A DNA stretch of 64,000 nt from Marsupella aquatica. Its lineage: Eukaryota; Plantae; Marchantiophyta. Both the position numbers and the translations under genes were made by a program. The stretch covers positions 7,898,963 to 7,962,962 of the forward strand of contig OZ316893.1 in NCBI GenBank assembly GCA_973895155.1. Direction: 5' to 3'. This document shows, piece by piece, positions 14,179-25,000 of this stretch; position 1 is the first letter of the stretch; each line of letters begins with the position of its first letter. Under the pieces are notes generated by a model, which was not told the DNA's origin, did no database searches, and was given only the letters and a program-made list of their open reading frames with translations.

Positions 14179-14590
14179 TTTGAGCATATTTGTGCAGTCT
14201 GATTCTCATTTTCATTGGTCTCACTCTCCTTTCTTTGAGAAAGGGCAATTATCAGCCAAAATGCCTAAGTGGCACTTGTGACATCATTTCACCCGAGTCG
14301 AGATAGATCATGGAGTTGGATGAACTTACATGACTTCACTCTGTCAAGTAGTGATCATGGACTTGGATGAACTTACATGGGAGAATTTGTGACTTTCCTT
14401 TAATTTACCCAAGCTAGATCATGGACTTGGATGGCCTAAAGTGGGAGCATTTGTGACTTTCCTTTAGCAATGCAAACTGGAGGGTCATTTCTTGTTGTTG
14501 TGAACATATGTAGACGAAGATCTTTCAAAATGAACTTCAAATTATAAATCCAAATCTCTTGAATGAAGGAGCTTGAGTTTGGACACGTGT

Positions 14591-14746
14591 GGACCACCTT
14601 TGGAGCAGGTGGTCTCAAATTATAGACACAATAAGCACTCGGGGACCACCTTTGGAGCAGGTGGTCTCAAATTATAGACACAATAAGCACCCGGGGACCA
14701 CCTTTGGAGCAGGTGGTCTCAAATTATAGACACAATAAGCACTCGG
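14591..14746. repeat. Three tandem copies of a 52-bp unit containing a hairpin
   Basis: Units start at 14591, 14643 and 14695; each contains GACCACCT-ttggagc-AGGTGGTC. Confidence 0.92.
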
Positions 14747-15441
14747 GCGGGCACTCGGGTCAACATTTATGTGGGCCCACTGCTTGCTATGGAGGATTGG
14801 TAGATGCCATAACTGAATGACCCCAGCTCTTCTAAAGGCAACTGCAATAGTTTCCACTCATCAGATGGTACAAGTTGGAAATAGTAAAAACAGAAAACTT
14901 GTAGGACTTTAACTAAGTGGCAAAGTAGTATAGACCCAAAAAGATAGAAAAGTACTAATTTTGTTTTAAAAGAGTAATTCCCAGATTTTTCATAGTGATC
15001 CTACCCAAATTTTAACTATGCATTCTTCTTCCTTATTGCACTGAAAATTACAGATTGGAAAATCATGAAGAGCATTATAAGTACTAGCCCCGACTACCCG
15101 TTCTTTGAACGTGAATAGCGGGGAGGACAATAAAATGTCAACAAAATATATTCCTTATTCACATATTTTGAAGGTTAATGAAATGATAAAAAAATTATCA
15201 TGTGTATCATCATTTTAATATCATTTTAATAATCAGACATAACATACCATAGTACTCTTTTCTATGCATATCCCTAGTTTTTATATCCTACATCCCACTT
15301 ATGCACATATAATATGGTGGGGCCATGGAGATGAGTTTTTAATATAAATAGAAATCATAACAAAAAGCAGTCATGATTATCATTTGACATGACATACATC
15401 ATAGACATAAGTTTTCTCATCATTCCACATGATGAGTCATG

Positions 15442-15808
15442 TGTTGAGCATAGACGACGATCGCAACGGCAAGCCCATGAACCATCCAACGCACAATAGT
15501 CGACACAAGAGATACGTGGTTCACCTCCTTGAGGCTACGTCCACGGGAACACACAAGAGAGCTTTACTGAACTCTAAGCCCGTCGGCTATACCGAGTCTC
15601 CACAGTGTAAGCTCTCCCTATCTCTCAAGTGGCTCCATAACAATGAGCCTTGGTTCTACCTCTCCAAGCACACATGCCTCTTATGATATAGTGTGCAACT
15701 TAGTTGTACCTAACCACATAGTTGTACCTAACCACATAGTTGTACCTAATCACGTTGTTGTACCAACCACGTCATACCTAACCTAGACGTAAGAGTAAAT
15801 ACCCAACA
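15442..15808 (-). repeat. 3' LTR (367 bp)
   Basis: TGTTG...CAACA termini; internal 18-bp tagttgtacctaaccaca repeats; adjacent PPT at ~15809-15824 (minus strand GAGTCAAGGGGAAGAT). Confidence 0.95.
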
Positions 15809-15999
15809 ATCTTCCCCTTGACTCTGGTCTAGGGGAGAGTAATACTGCCAATGTATATGATCCCTCAGCGGGAAGTTCTGGACAGAAACCAAACCGGTTT
15901 CCCTCTCTAACTAGAGCAAACCAGAACTAAGCCGTAGCCTAATACATAGGAATGAGGAAGAGCATATATCAGTAATTACAATGAATGTTTAAGAAAACT

Positions 16000-18900
16000 C
16001 TACTTGTGATGCAATTGCAAAACCTGCAATACGTCACGGTGTCTAGAGAAACTCTCCAAAGGAATCACTTTGGTAAATGCGTCAGCCGGGTTGAGTTTAC
16101 CATCAATCTTGACTAGCTCAAACAAATTATCAGACACAGCCTGCCTGATAAAATGGTACCTGACGTCAATGTGCTTCACTCTACTGTCCATCACCTGGTT
16201 CACAGCAAGGTGGAGCGCACTTTGACTATCACAATGGAGCTTCACATTCCCCTGTGGCAATCCCATTTCAGTGATAAGTCTATCCAACCAAATCGCTTCC
16301 TTTGCTGCTTCCGCAGCTGCAACATACTCCGCTTCTGTAGTAGACTGAGCAATACACTTCTGCAAAGTAGACCTCCAACTTATGCATCCACCGCCAAGTG
16401 TGAACACGTATCCTGTTGTTGATCTCCTTCGGTCCAAATCTTGTCCATAGTCAGAATCTACATAGCCAATCAATGATCTAGCATTCTTTGCATTCGCATC
16501 AAATAAAAGACCATGATCCACGGTACCCTTCAAGTACCTGATAATCCACTTCACTGCTTCCCAGTGTACCTTCCCTGGATTCGACATGTACCTGCTCACC
16601 TTGCCCATAGCCATGGCAAGATCAGGTCTAGTGCAAGTCATCAAATACATGAGACTCCCCACTGCCTTGTCATATGGAACCTTTGACATCAACCCCTTCT
16701 CTGTGTCATCCGTAGGACAGAACGCTGATGATAACTTGAAGTGTGGAGCCAACGGGGTACTTACTGGCTTGCTATTCTCCATGTTGAACCTTGCAATTAC
16801 CTTCCTCGCATAACTGCTCTGCGTCAACCATAGCTTGCCAGCCTCCAAGTCCCTAGTGATCTCCATACCCAAAATCCTCTTAGCTGGCCCTAAGTCCTTC
16901 ATCTTAAACTCTGCACTAAGCAGTGCCTTGAGCTTAACAATCTCAGACCTATCCTTGGCTGCAATTAGCATGTCATCCACATAAAGTACTAAAACAATGA
17001 ATCCAAAGACAACATTCTTCACCGGTTTCAAATACACACAAGGGTCAAATACACTTCTGTGAAAACCTTGTGACCGAATCCAATCGTCAAACCGCTTGTT
17101 CCACTGTCTTGGTGACTGCTTCAACCCATACAAGGATTTCAGCAATCTGCAAACCAATTCCTCCTGTCCTCTCTTCACAAAACCTAGCGGTTGTCTCATG
17201 AAGATCACCTCTTCCAATGTGCCATAGAGGAAAGCTGTGACAACATCCATCTGATCTAGGAGCAGACCAAACATTACAACAAGTACACACAATAGTCGTA
17301 TTGTAGAGTACTTAGCAACTGGTGAGAAGACCTCATTGTAATCCACACCTTTCTCTTGTGTGAATCCCTTTGCTACCAATCTAGCCTTGTAGACCTTCGA
17401 TCCACCTCCTATGGAATTATCCTTCAGCTTGTAAATCCACTTGCTGTCCACCACTTGCTGACCCTTAGGCAGCTTAACAAGCTCCCAAGTTTTGTTGTCC
17501 TTTAGTGACTGCATCTCTGTTTGCATTGCTGCAGTCCACTTTTGCTTCTCCTTTGAAGCACTTGCCTCATGAAATGAAGAAGGTTCTCCTTCTTCCAAAA
17601 TTAACGCATCACCCTCATCATCAGTTGTAAAATCATCCTCTTGCAGTTGAGATGAATCAACCCACTGTCCATACCTTGATGGAGCGCGTACAGTGCGACC
17701 AGATGTTCTTCTAGCCGATGACTCCGGTTGATCTGCGTGTGCTGGTACAATTTGAAGCTCAACAGCATCCACTTGCTGCTCACCAGCATCAACAAACTCC
17801 TCTGGTTCCTCTGGCACAGGAACCAGCTCCATAATTGGAGCAACTCCTTCTCTCCGGTCATGCACCTCATAACCAATCTCCCCCTCAACGAGATCCGGGA
17901 TAGGAGATTTTCTTTTGTCAGTACGGGAGACCTGAGTATTCTCCCCCTCCTTCAATAATCTGGATTCATTGAAGGAAACATCCCTACTGACAACGAGCTT
18001 ACAGGCAATAGGATCCCATAGCCTATAGGCTTTCACACCACTCTGGTACCCAAGAAAAACACATTTCCTGGAGGTAGGATCCAACTTGGTCCTATTCTGC
18101 TTTGGTGTGAGAGCATATGCATCACTTCCAAAAATTACCAAGCCATGATAGTCTGCTTGCCGCTTATAGCGCATCTCAAACGGCGTTTTGAAATTGATAG
18201 CACTAGAAGGAGAAAGATTTACCAAATAAGCTGCGGTATTGACAGCTTCTGCCCAAAATTCTTGTGGTAAACCTGATTGGCTCAACATACTCCGTGACCG
18301 CTCCAACAGTGTCCGATTGAGCCTCTCAGCGACACCATTCTGCTGCGGAGTATAAACTGTGGTGAGATGGCGAGTTATCCCCTGTTCTGAACAGTACTCT
18401 TCAAATTCCATTGAAGTGTACTCCCCGCCGTTGTCTGACCTCAGACTCTTCACCCTTGTATCCAAACACTTGATCGTGTTTCCAGTCTGATTCTCCACCT
18501 GGGCCTTCCACTTCTTAAAAATGGACAAGACATCAGACTTATGCGTCATGAAATAAATCCACACAAATCTTGAGTAATCATCAATAAATGATACATAGTA
18601 CAACTTTCCAGAGTGTGAGGGAGTCGGGGATGGACCCCACACGTCACTATGTATGTACTCAAGAACCGCTTTGGAACGATGAGTTCCAACACCAAAAGCA
18701 CGACGATGCTGCTTTCCAAGAATGCAATGCTCACAAAACTCTAATTTACAAGATTGCAAATCAGAAATGAGTCCATTCTTCCGTAAGATAGCCAAACCCT
18801 TCTCACTCATGTGGCCTAGCCGTGAATGCCACAGTTGAGTCATCTCCTCGTGAGACTTGGTTACATTGGCCTCTCCACATACAGTATTGCCCTGTAACAC

Positions 18901-19272
18901 ATACAAATTCTTTTGTCTACTCCCCTTCAAAATCACTGTCTCTCCCGACCTGACTTGAAGTTCACCATCAATAACGCTCCATTGATGACCATTTGAATCC
19001 AACACACCGAGTGAAATCAGATTCTTACGCATGCCAGGTACATACCTGACTCCGGACACTATGCGCACAGCGCCATCAAACATTTGAATCTTCACAGACC
19101 CAATTCCCTCAATTTGACAGGAGTGATCATTTCCCATCAGAACTGAACCGTTTGAAACAGAGTAAGAACTGAAAAACTCACGAATGTAACAAATATGAAA
19201 AGAGCAAGCACAATCAAGAATCCACACATCATCTGCTCTCCTAGATGACGTGCACAGGGCATACCCCCGGCT
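16000..19272 (-). CDS. pol: Copia Pol (protease, GAG-pre-integrase, integrase, RT, RNase H), copy 1; in frame with gag after a UGA
   Basis: WILDCACSFH, LWHSRLGH...CEHC, HSDVWGP, LRSDNGGEY, PQQNGVAER, YKARLVAKG, LLKSLYGLKQSPRQW, LYVDDMLI, GYVDSDY, NPADAFTK. The track start at 19227 is GTG; the frame stays open up to the gag stop. Confidence 0.95.
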   Translation of the reverse strand, partial: SRGYALCTSSRRADDVWILDCACSFHICYIREFFSSYSVSNGSVLMGNDHSCQIEGIGSVKIQMFDGAVRIVSGVRYVPGMRKNLISLGVLDSNGHQWSVIDGELQVRSGETVILKGSRQKNLYVLQGNTVCGEANVTKSHEEMTQLWHSRLGHMSEKGLAILRKNGLISDLQSCKLEFCEHCILGKQHRRAFGVGTHRSKAVLEYIHSDVWGPSPTPSHSGKLYYVSFIDDYSRFVWIYFMTHKSDVLSIFKKWKAQVENQTGNTIKCLDTRVKSLRSDNGGEYTSMEFEEYCSEQGITRHLTTVYTPQQNGVAERLNRTLLERSRSMLSQSGLPQEFWAEAVNTAAYLVNLSPSSAINFKTPFEMRYKRQADYHGLVIFGSDAYALTPKQNRTKLDPTSRKCVFLGYQSGVKAYRLWDPIACKLVVSRDVSFNESRLLKEGENTQVSRTDKRKSPIPDLVEGEIGYEVHDRREGVAPIMELVPVPEEPEEFVDAGEQQVDAVELQIVPAHADQPESSARRTSGRTVRAPSRYGQWVDSSQLQEDDFTTDDEGDALILEEGEPSSFHEASASKEKQKWTAAMQTEMQSLKDNKTWELVKLPKGQQVVDSKWIYKLKDNSIGGGSKVYKARLVAKGFTQEKGVDYNEVFSPVAKYSTIRLLCVLVVMFGLLLDQMDVVTAFLYGTLEEVIFMRQPLGFVKRGQEELVCRLLKSLYGLKQSPRQWNKRFDDWIRSQGFHRSVFDPCVYLKPVKNVVFGFIVLVLYVDDMLIAAKDRSEIVKLKALLSAEFKMKDLGPAKRILGMEITRDLEAGKLWLTQSSYARKVIARFNMENSKPVSTPLAPHFKLSSAFCPTDDTEKGLMSKVPYDKAVGSLMYLMTCTRPDLAMAMGKVSRYMSNPGKVHWEAVKWIIRYLKGTVDHGLLFDANAKNARSLIGYVDSDYGQDLDRRRSTTGYVFTLGGGCISWRSTLQKCIAQSTTEAEYVAAAEAAKEAIWLDRLITEMGLPQGNVKLHCDSQSALHLAVNQVMDSRVKHIDVRYHFIRQAVSDNLFELVKIDGKLNPADAFTKVIPLESFSRHRDVLQVLQLHHK

Positions 19273-20130
19273 TCATAAAACATACTCATCATTGAGTAAA
19301 TCAGCTTCTCCATCAGCCCTAGCCACATTTGCCGATGAAGTTTCCGCTGCCTTTCCCTTACAGTCTCGCTTGAAGTGTCCAACTTGGTTGCACTTCCAAC
19401 ATGTCACCTGCCTCCTCTGAGGGGATTTACCCTTGGACTTAGATCTGGATTTAGATCTAAACTGGGTTCTACGGTCCCCAGTTGGTCGCTGCATACTCCT
19501 CCCACGGTTAACATTGAGGGCAGCACCAGATGATGAAGGCTGTGACGTGATGTGCATCTTCTGCTGAAGATCATCACTAAGCAGAGAACTTACCACGTCA
19601 TTGTATGAAATGGTATCCCTATCACGATGCAACAACACTCGTGATAGGGACTGGTAAGATGGAGGCAATGAACTAAGAAGCTGCAGAGCCTTCGTCTCAT
19701 CATTCAAAGTCTCCCCAAGGTTTTCCAAGTCAACGACCATGTCGTTGAAAGCATCCACATGGTCTTGCAACTTCGTACCAGATTCCTTCATCCTGAAACT
19801 CATCAGTTTGTAGGAAGTGTAGAGCCGGTTCGACAACTCCTTGCGGTGATACTTGCTCTGCAATTCCGCAAACAAGGACATGCAATCCTTATGTGCACCT
19901 AACTGCTTGATGATGGGAGGCATGAGATAGAGTGTAACACACCACACTCCCTGCTCCTGCATGCGGTCCCATTGTTTCTCATCAACATCGTCTTCACGAG
20001 GGCTCAGCAGTTGGCCCATCCCTGACGCATAAAGCACTCCCTTCACTTGCTTCTCCCATAGCAAGTAGTCAGAGCGCCCATCATACTTTGTCACTTCATA
20101 CTTGGGTCCCCCAAGCTTGAAAGTCCCCAT
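19273..20130 (-). CDS. gag: Copia Gag, copy 1 (first in-frame ATG at 20130; frame open to ~20304)
   Basis: MGTFKLGGPKYEVTKYDGRSDYLLW N-terminus typical of Tnt1-like Gag, LLSSLPPSY, CCHC knuckle CWKCNQVGHFKRDC, TGA at 19273-19275. Confidence 0.92.
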   Translation of the reverse strand: MGTFKLGGPKYEVTKYDGRSDYLLWEKQVKGVLYASGMGQLLSPREDDVDEKQWDRMQEQGVWCVTLYLMPPIIKQLGAHKDCMSLFAELQSKYHRKELSNRLYTSYKLMSFRMKESGTKLQDHVDAFNDMVVDLENLGETLNDETKALQLLSSLPPSYQSLSRVLLHRDRDTISYNDVVSSLLSDDLQQKMHITSQPSSSGAALNVNRGRSMQRPTGDRRTQFRSKSRSKSKGKSPQRRQVTCWKCNQVGHFKRDCKGKAAETSSANVARADGEADLLNDEYVL

Positions 20131-21448
20131 CTTCTTCTTTACCGTGAGCTCCGGTAGTAGTACTGCTTCCTCCACCACACGCCGCACCGGTGATGGTATC
20201 GGTGTCACGTGCTCTTCCTCCTGCTCCTCTCTCTGCCCCTGAAACCTCCGCGGTGATCCTCGTGCTTCAAGTTCCACGTCTTCGAAAAAACTCCTCCGAA
20301 TCACTCATATGAGAAAGTCACAAAAAATGTTGTTTTTCACAACTTCTCAAAAAACTCGAAACTCAACACCGCCGCGTAGCCCACAAAGCTAGGAGTCCAA
20401 TACTGAAAACCGAAATCAAAATCGAAATTTGACGGAAAAGTTATTCAAATTTCAGTCGAGGTGGGTAAAACCTTGGGAAACTCCCCCGTTTTGACCACCT
20501 CAGGGAATAACCGAAATACCAAGTACAACCCGTTGTCGGAATTGCGATGTGATTGGTGCGCTGCATTGCCAACTTCAATGGCTACGACCTCGCCGAAAAA
20601 TAACCAAAAAAGTTACCGTTCGGCGGATGAAATCTTTGTCGGACGGTCAAAAAATAGCTCTCTGGTTTTTTGGAATATTCTATGACCCTTGTACAGGCCC
20701 TGTGGGAATTTTGGAAGAACAATCGAGGGGCTGACATGTGTCCTCGAACCCCCAAAACCCCCTACCACCCTTCGTCGTCGAAATCTGGTCGCGCGCGCAG
20801 AAAATACACACGGCAGAATGTACCCCTCGACACCAAACGCAAGATATCTCACTCGGGTTTTGACTAAATCAAGATCCGATTTCAGATTTGGAAACTAGAC
20901 TCCGAGGCGATGAAGATCGATATAAGAAGCACCCAAAACGAGGAAAGAACGAGGGAGAAAAAAATTGGTAAAGATGACAGATTTCTCTCAATTGCCATAG
21001 CCAATTTCGAATCAGTTTTTCAAAGAGAAAAAAATGGTACCTTGTCAACAACGAATGTTGATCAATTGCACTTGGTGTCGTCACCAAGTCCAACAAGGTA
21101 ATTGATTTTGCTTAGCCTTCCTCTTTGCATCAAAGAGCCAATCCCGGACTCAAAAACAATCGTCTTGCCTCAATCTCTCCGTTGAGTCAAAACACTTGAC
21201 GCTTCTCCCTCCGAGTCGATTGCCAACTTTCTTCACAAAATCCAGAATGACGAAAACTTAGATCTCTCTGCACCACGAGCTCCGTTCAACGATTTCTTCA
21301 CACCGTTAGAAAGCTCTTGCCCTGATCTATCCGTTGAGCCCATAAACTCCAAGTTCCATGCGATGGAACTCTGGAAAATCCACCAACACTCAACGCTGGA
21401 AAAACCGTCATGAAATCCCGTCACGAACACACGTCACCTCCCAAGCAT

Positions 21449-21460
21449 GCTCTGATACCA
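21449..21460 (-). promoter_or_regulatory. Primer-binding site, initiator tRNA-Met (copy 1)
   Basis: Minus strand TGGTATCAGAGC, 2 nt from the LTR. Confidence 0.92.
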
Positions 21461-21462
21461 AT

Positions 21463-21829
21463 TGTTGAGCATAGACGACGATCGCAACGGCAAGCCCATG
21501 AACCATCCAACGCACAATAGTCGACACAAGAGATACGTGGTTCACCTCCTTGAGGCTACGTCCACGGGAACACACAAGAGAGCTTTACTGAACTCTAAGC
21601 CCGTCGGCTATACCGAGTCTCCACAGTGTAAGCTCTCCCTATCTCTCAAGTGGCTCCATAACAATGAGCCTTGGTTCTACCTCTCCAAGCACACATGCCT
21701 CTTATGATATAGTGTGCAACTTAGTTGTACCTAACCACATAGTTGTACCTAACCACATAGTTGTACCTAATCACGTTGTTGTACCAACCACGTCATACCT
21801 AACCTAGACGTAAGAGTAAATACCCAACA
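21463..21829 (-). repeat. Shared middle LTR (367 bp)
   Basis: Appears identical to the outer LTRs; PBS on one side, PPT on the other, no TSD. Confidence 0.95.
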
Positions 21830-22020
21830 ATCTTCCCCTTGACTCTGGTCTAGGGGAGAGTAATACTGCCAATGTATATGATCCCTCAGCGGGAAGTTCT
21901 GGACAGAAACCAAACCGGTTTCCCTCTCTAACTAGAGCAAACCAGAACTAAGCCGTAGCCTAATACATAGGAATGAGGAAGAGCATATATCAGTAATTAC
22001 AATGAATGTTTAAGAAAACT

Positions 22021-25000
22021 CTACTTGTGATGCAATTGCAAAACCTGCAATACGTCACGGTGTCTAGAGAAACTCTCCAAAGGAATCACTTTGGTAAATG
22101 CGTCAGCCGGGTTGAGTTTACCATCAATCTTGACTAGCTCAAACAAATTATCAGACACAGCCTGCCTGATAAAATGGTACCTGACGTCAATGTGCTTCAC
22201 TCTACTGTCCATCACCTGGTTCACAGCAAGGTGGAGCGCACTTTGACTATCACAATGGAGCTTCACATTCCCCTGTGGCAATCCCATTTCAGTGATAAGT
22301 CTATCCAACCAAATCGCTTCCTTTGCTGCTTCCGCAGCTGCAACATACTCCGCTTCTGTAGTAGACTGAGCAATACACTTCTGCAAAGTAGACCTCCAAC
22401 TTATGCATCCACCGCCAAGTGTGAACACGTATCCTGTTGTTGATCTCCTTCGGTCCAAATCTTGTCCATAGTCAGAATCTACATAGCCAATCAATGATCT
22501 AGCATTCTTTGCATTCGCATCAAATAAAAGACCATGATCCACGGTACCCTTCAAGTACCTGATAATCCACTTCACTGCTTCCCAGTGTACCTTCCCTGGA
22601 TTCGACATGTACCTGCTCACCTTGCCCATAGCCATGGCAAGATCAGGTCTAGTGCAAGTCATCAAATACATGAGACTCCCCACTGCCTTGTCATATGGAA
22701 CCTTTGACATCAACCCCTTCTCTGTGTCATCCGTAGGACAGAACGCTGATGATAACTTGAAGTGTGGAGCCAACGGGGTACTTACTGGCTTGCTATTCTC
22801 CATGTTGAACCTTGCAATTACCTTCCTCGCATAACTGCTCTGCGTCAACCATAGCTTGCCAGCCTCCAAGTCCCTAGTGATCTCCATACCCAAAATCCTC
22901 TTAGCTGGCCCTAAGTCCTTCATCTTAAACTCTGCACTAAGCAGTGCCTTGAGCTTAACAATCTCAGACCTATCCTTGGCTGCAATTAGCATGTCATCCA
23001 CATAAAGTACTAAAACAATGAATCCAAAGACAACATTCTTCACCGGTTTCAAATACACACAAGGGTCAAATACACTTCTGTGAAAACCTTGTGACCGAAT
23101 CCAATCGTCAAACCGCTTGTTCCACTGTCTTGGTGACTGCTTCAACCCATACAAGGATTTCAGCAATCTGCAAACCAATTCCTCCTGTCCTCTCTTCACA
23201 AAACCTAGCGGTTGTCTCATGAAGATCACCTCTTCCAATGTGCCATAGAGGAAAGCTGTGACAACATCCATCTGATCTAGGAGCAGACCAAACATTACAA
23301 CAAGTACACACAATAGTCGTATTGTAGAGTACTTAGCAACTGGTGAGAAGACCTCATTGTAATCCACACCTTTCTCTTGTGTGAATCCCTTTGCTACCAA
23401 TCTAGCCTTGTAGACCTTCGATCCACCTCCTATGGAATTATCCTTCAGCTTGTAAATCCACTTGCTGTCCACCACTTGCTGACCCTTAGGCAGCTTAACA
23501 AGCTCCCAAGTTTTGTTGTCCTTTAGTGACTGCATCTCTGTTTGCATTGCTGCAGTCCACTTTTGCTTCTCCTTTGAAGCACTTGCCTCATGAAATGAAG
23601 AAGGTTCTCCTTCTTCCAAAATTAACGCATCACCCTCATCATCAGTTGTAAAATCATCCTCTTGCAGTTGAGATGAATCAACCCACTGTCCATACCTTGA
23701 TGGAGCGCGTACAGTGCGACCAGATGTTCTTCTAGCCGATGACTCCGGTTGATCTGCGTGTGCTGGTACAATTTGAAGCTCAACAGCATCCACTTGCTGC
23801 TCACCAGCATCAACAAACTCCTCTGGTTCCTCTGGCACAGGAACCAGCTCCATAATTGGAGCAACTCCTTCTCTCCGGTCATGCACCTCATAACCAATCT
23901 CCCCCTCAACGAGATCCGGGATAGGAGATTTTCTTTTGTCAGTACGGGAGACCTGAGTATTCTCCCCCTCCTTCAATAATCTGGATTCATTGAAGGAAAC
24001 ATCCCTACTGACAACGAGCTTACAGGCAATAGGATCCCATAGCCTATAGGCTTTCACACCACTCTGGTACCCAAGAAAAACACATTTCCTGGAGGTAGGA
24101 TCCAACTTGGTCCTATTCTGCTTTGGTGTGAGAGCATATGCATCACTTCCAAAAATTACCAAGCCATGATAGTCTGCTTGCCGCTTATAGCGCATCTCAA
24201 ACGGCGTTTTGAAATTGATAGCACTAGAAGGAGAAAGATTTACCAAATAAGCTGCGGTATTGACAGCTTCTGCCCAAAATTCTTGTGGTAAACCTGATTG
24301 GCTCAACATACTCCGTGACCGCTCCAACAGTGTCCGATTGAGCCTCTCAGCGACACCATTCTGCTGCGGAGTATAAACTGTGGTGAGATGGCGAGTTATC
24401 CCCTGTTCTGAACAGTACTCTTCAAATTCCATTGAAGTGTACTCCCCGCCGTTGTCTGACCTCAGACTCTTCACCCTTGTATCCAAACACTTGATCGTGT
24501 TTCCAGTCTGATTCTCCACCTGGGCCTTCCACTTCTTAAAAATGGACAAGACATCAGACTTATGCGTCATGAAATAAATCCACACAAATCTTGAGTAATC
24601 ATCAATAAATGATACATAGTACAACTTTCCAGAGTGTGAGGGAGTCGGGGATGGACCCCACACGTCACTATGTATGTACTCAAGAACCGCTTTGGAACGA
24701 TGAGTTCCAACACCAAAAGCACGACGATGCTGCTTTCCAAGAATGCAATGCTCACAAAACTCTAATTTACAAGATTGCAAATCAGAAATGAGTCCATTCT
24801 TCCGTAAGATAGCCAAACCCTTCTCACTCATGTGGCCTAGCCGTGAATGCCACAGTTGAGTCATCTCCTCGTGAGACTTGGTTACATTGGCCTCTCCACA
24901 TACAGTATTGCCCTGTAACACATACAAATTCTTTTGTCTACTCCCCTTCAAAATCACTGTCTCTCCCGACCTGACTTGAAGTTCACCATCAATAACGCTC

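Noticed and set aside
14591-14746. CRISPR-like array of palindromic repeats
   Set aside because: The would-be spacers are near-identical, the context is eukaryotic and there are no cas genes; it is a plain tandem repeat.
14243-14982. Mutator-like MITE bounded by gggcaatta...taattccc
   Set aside because: The terminal match is very short and I could not find a TSD.
19223-19275. UGA plus hairpin as a selenocysteine (SECIS) signal
   Set aside because: Land plants lack the Sec machinery, eukaryotic SECIS elements lie in 3' UTRs, and the position is a non-catalytic linker.
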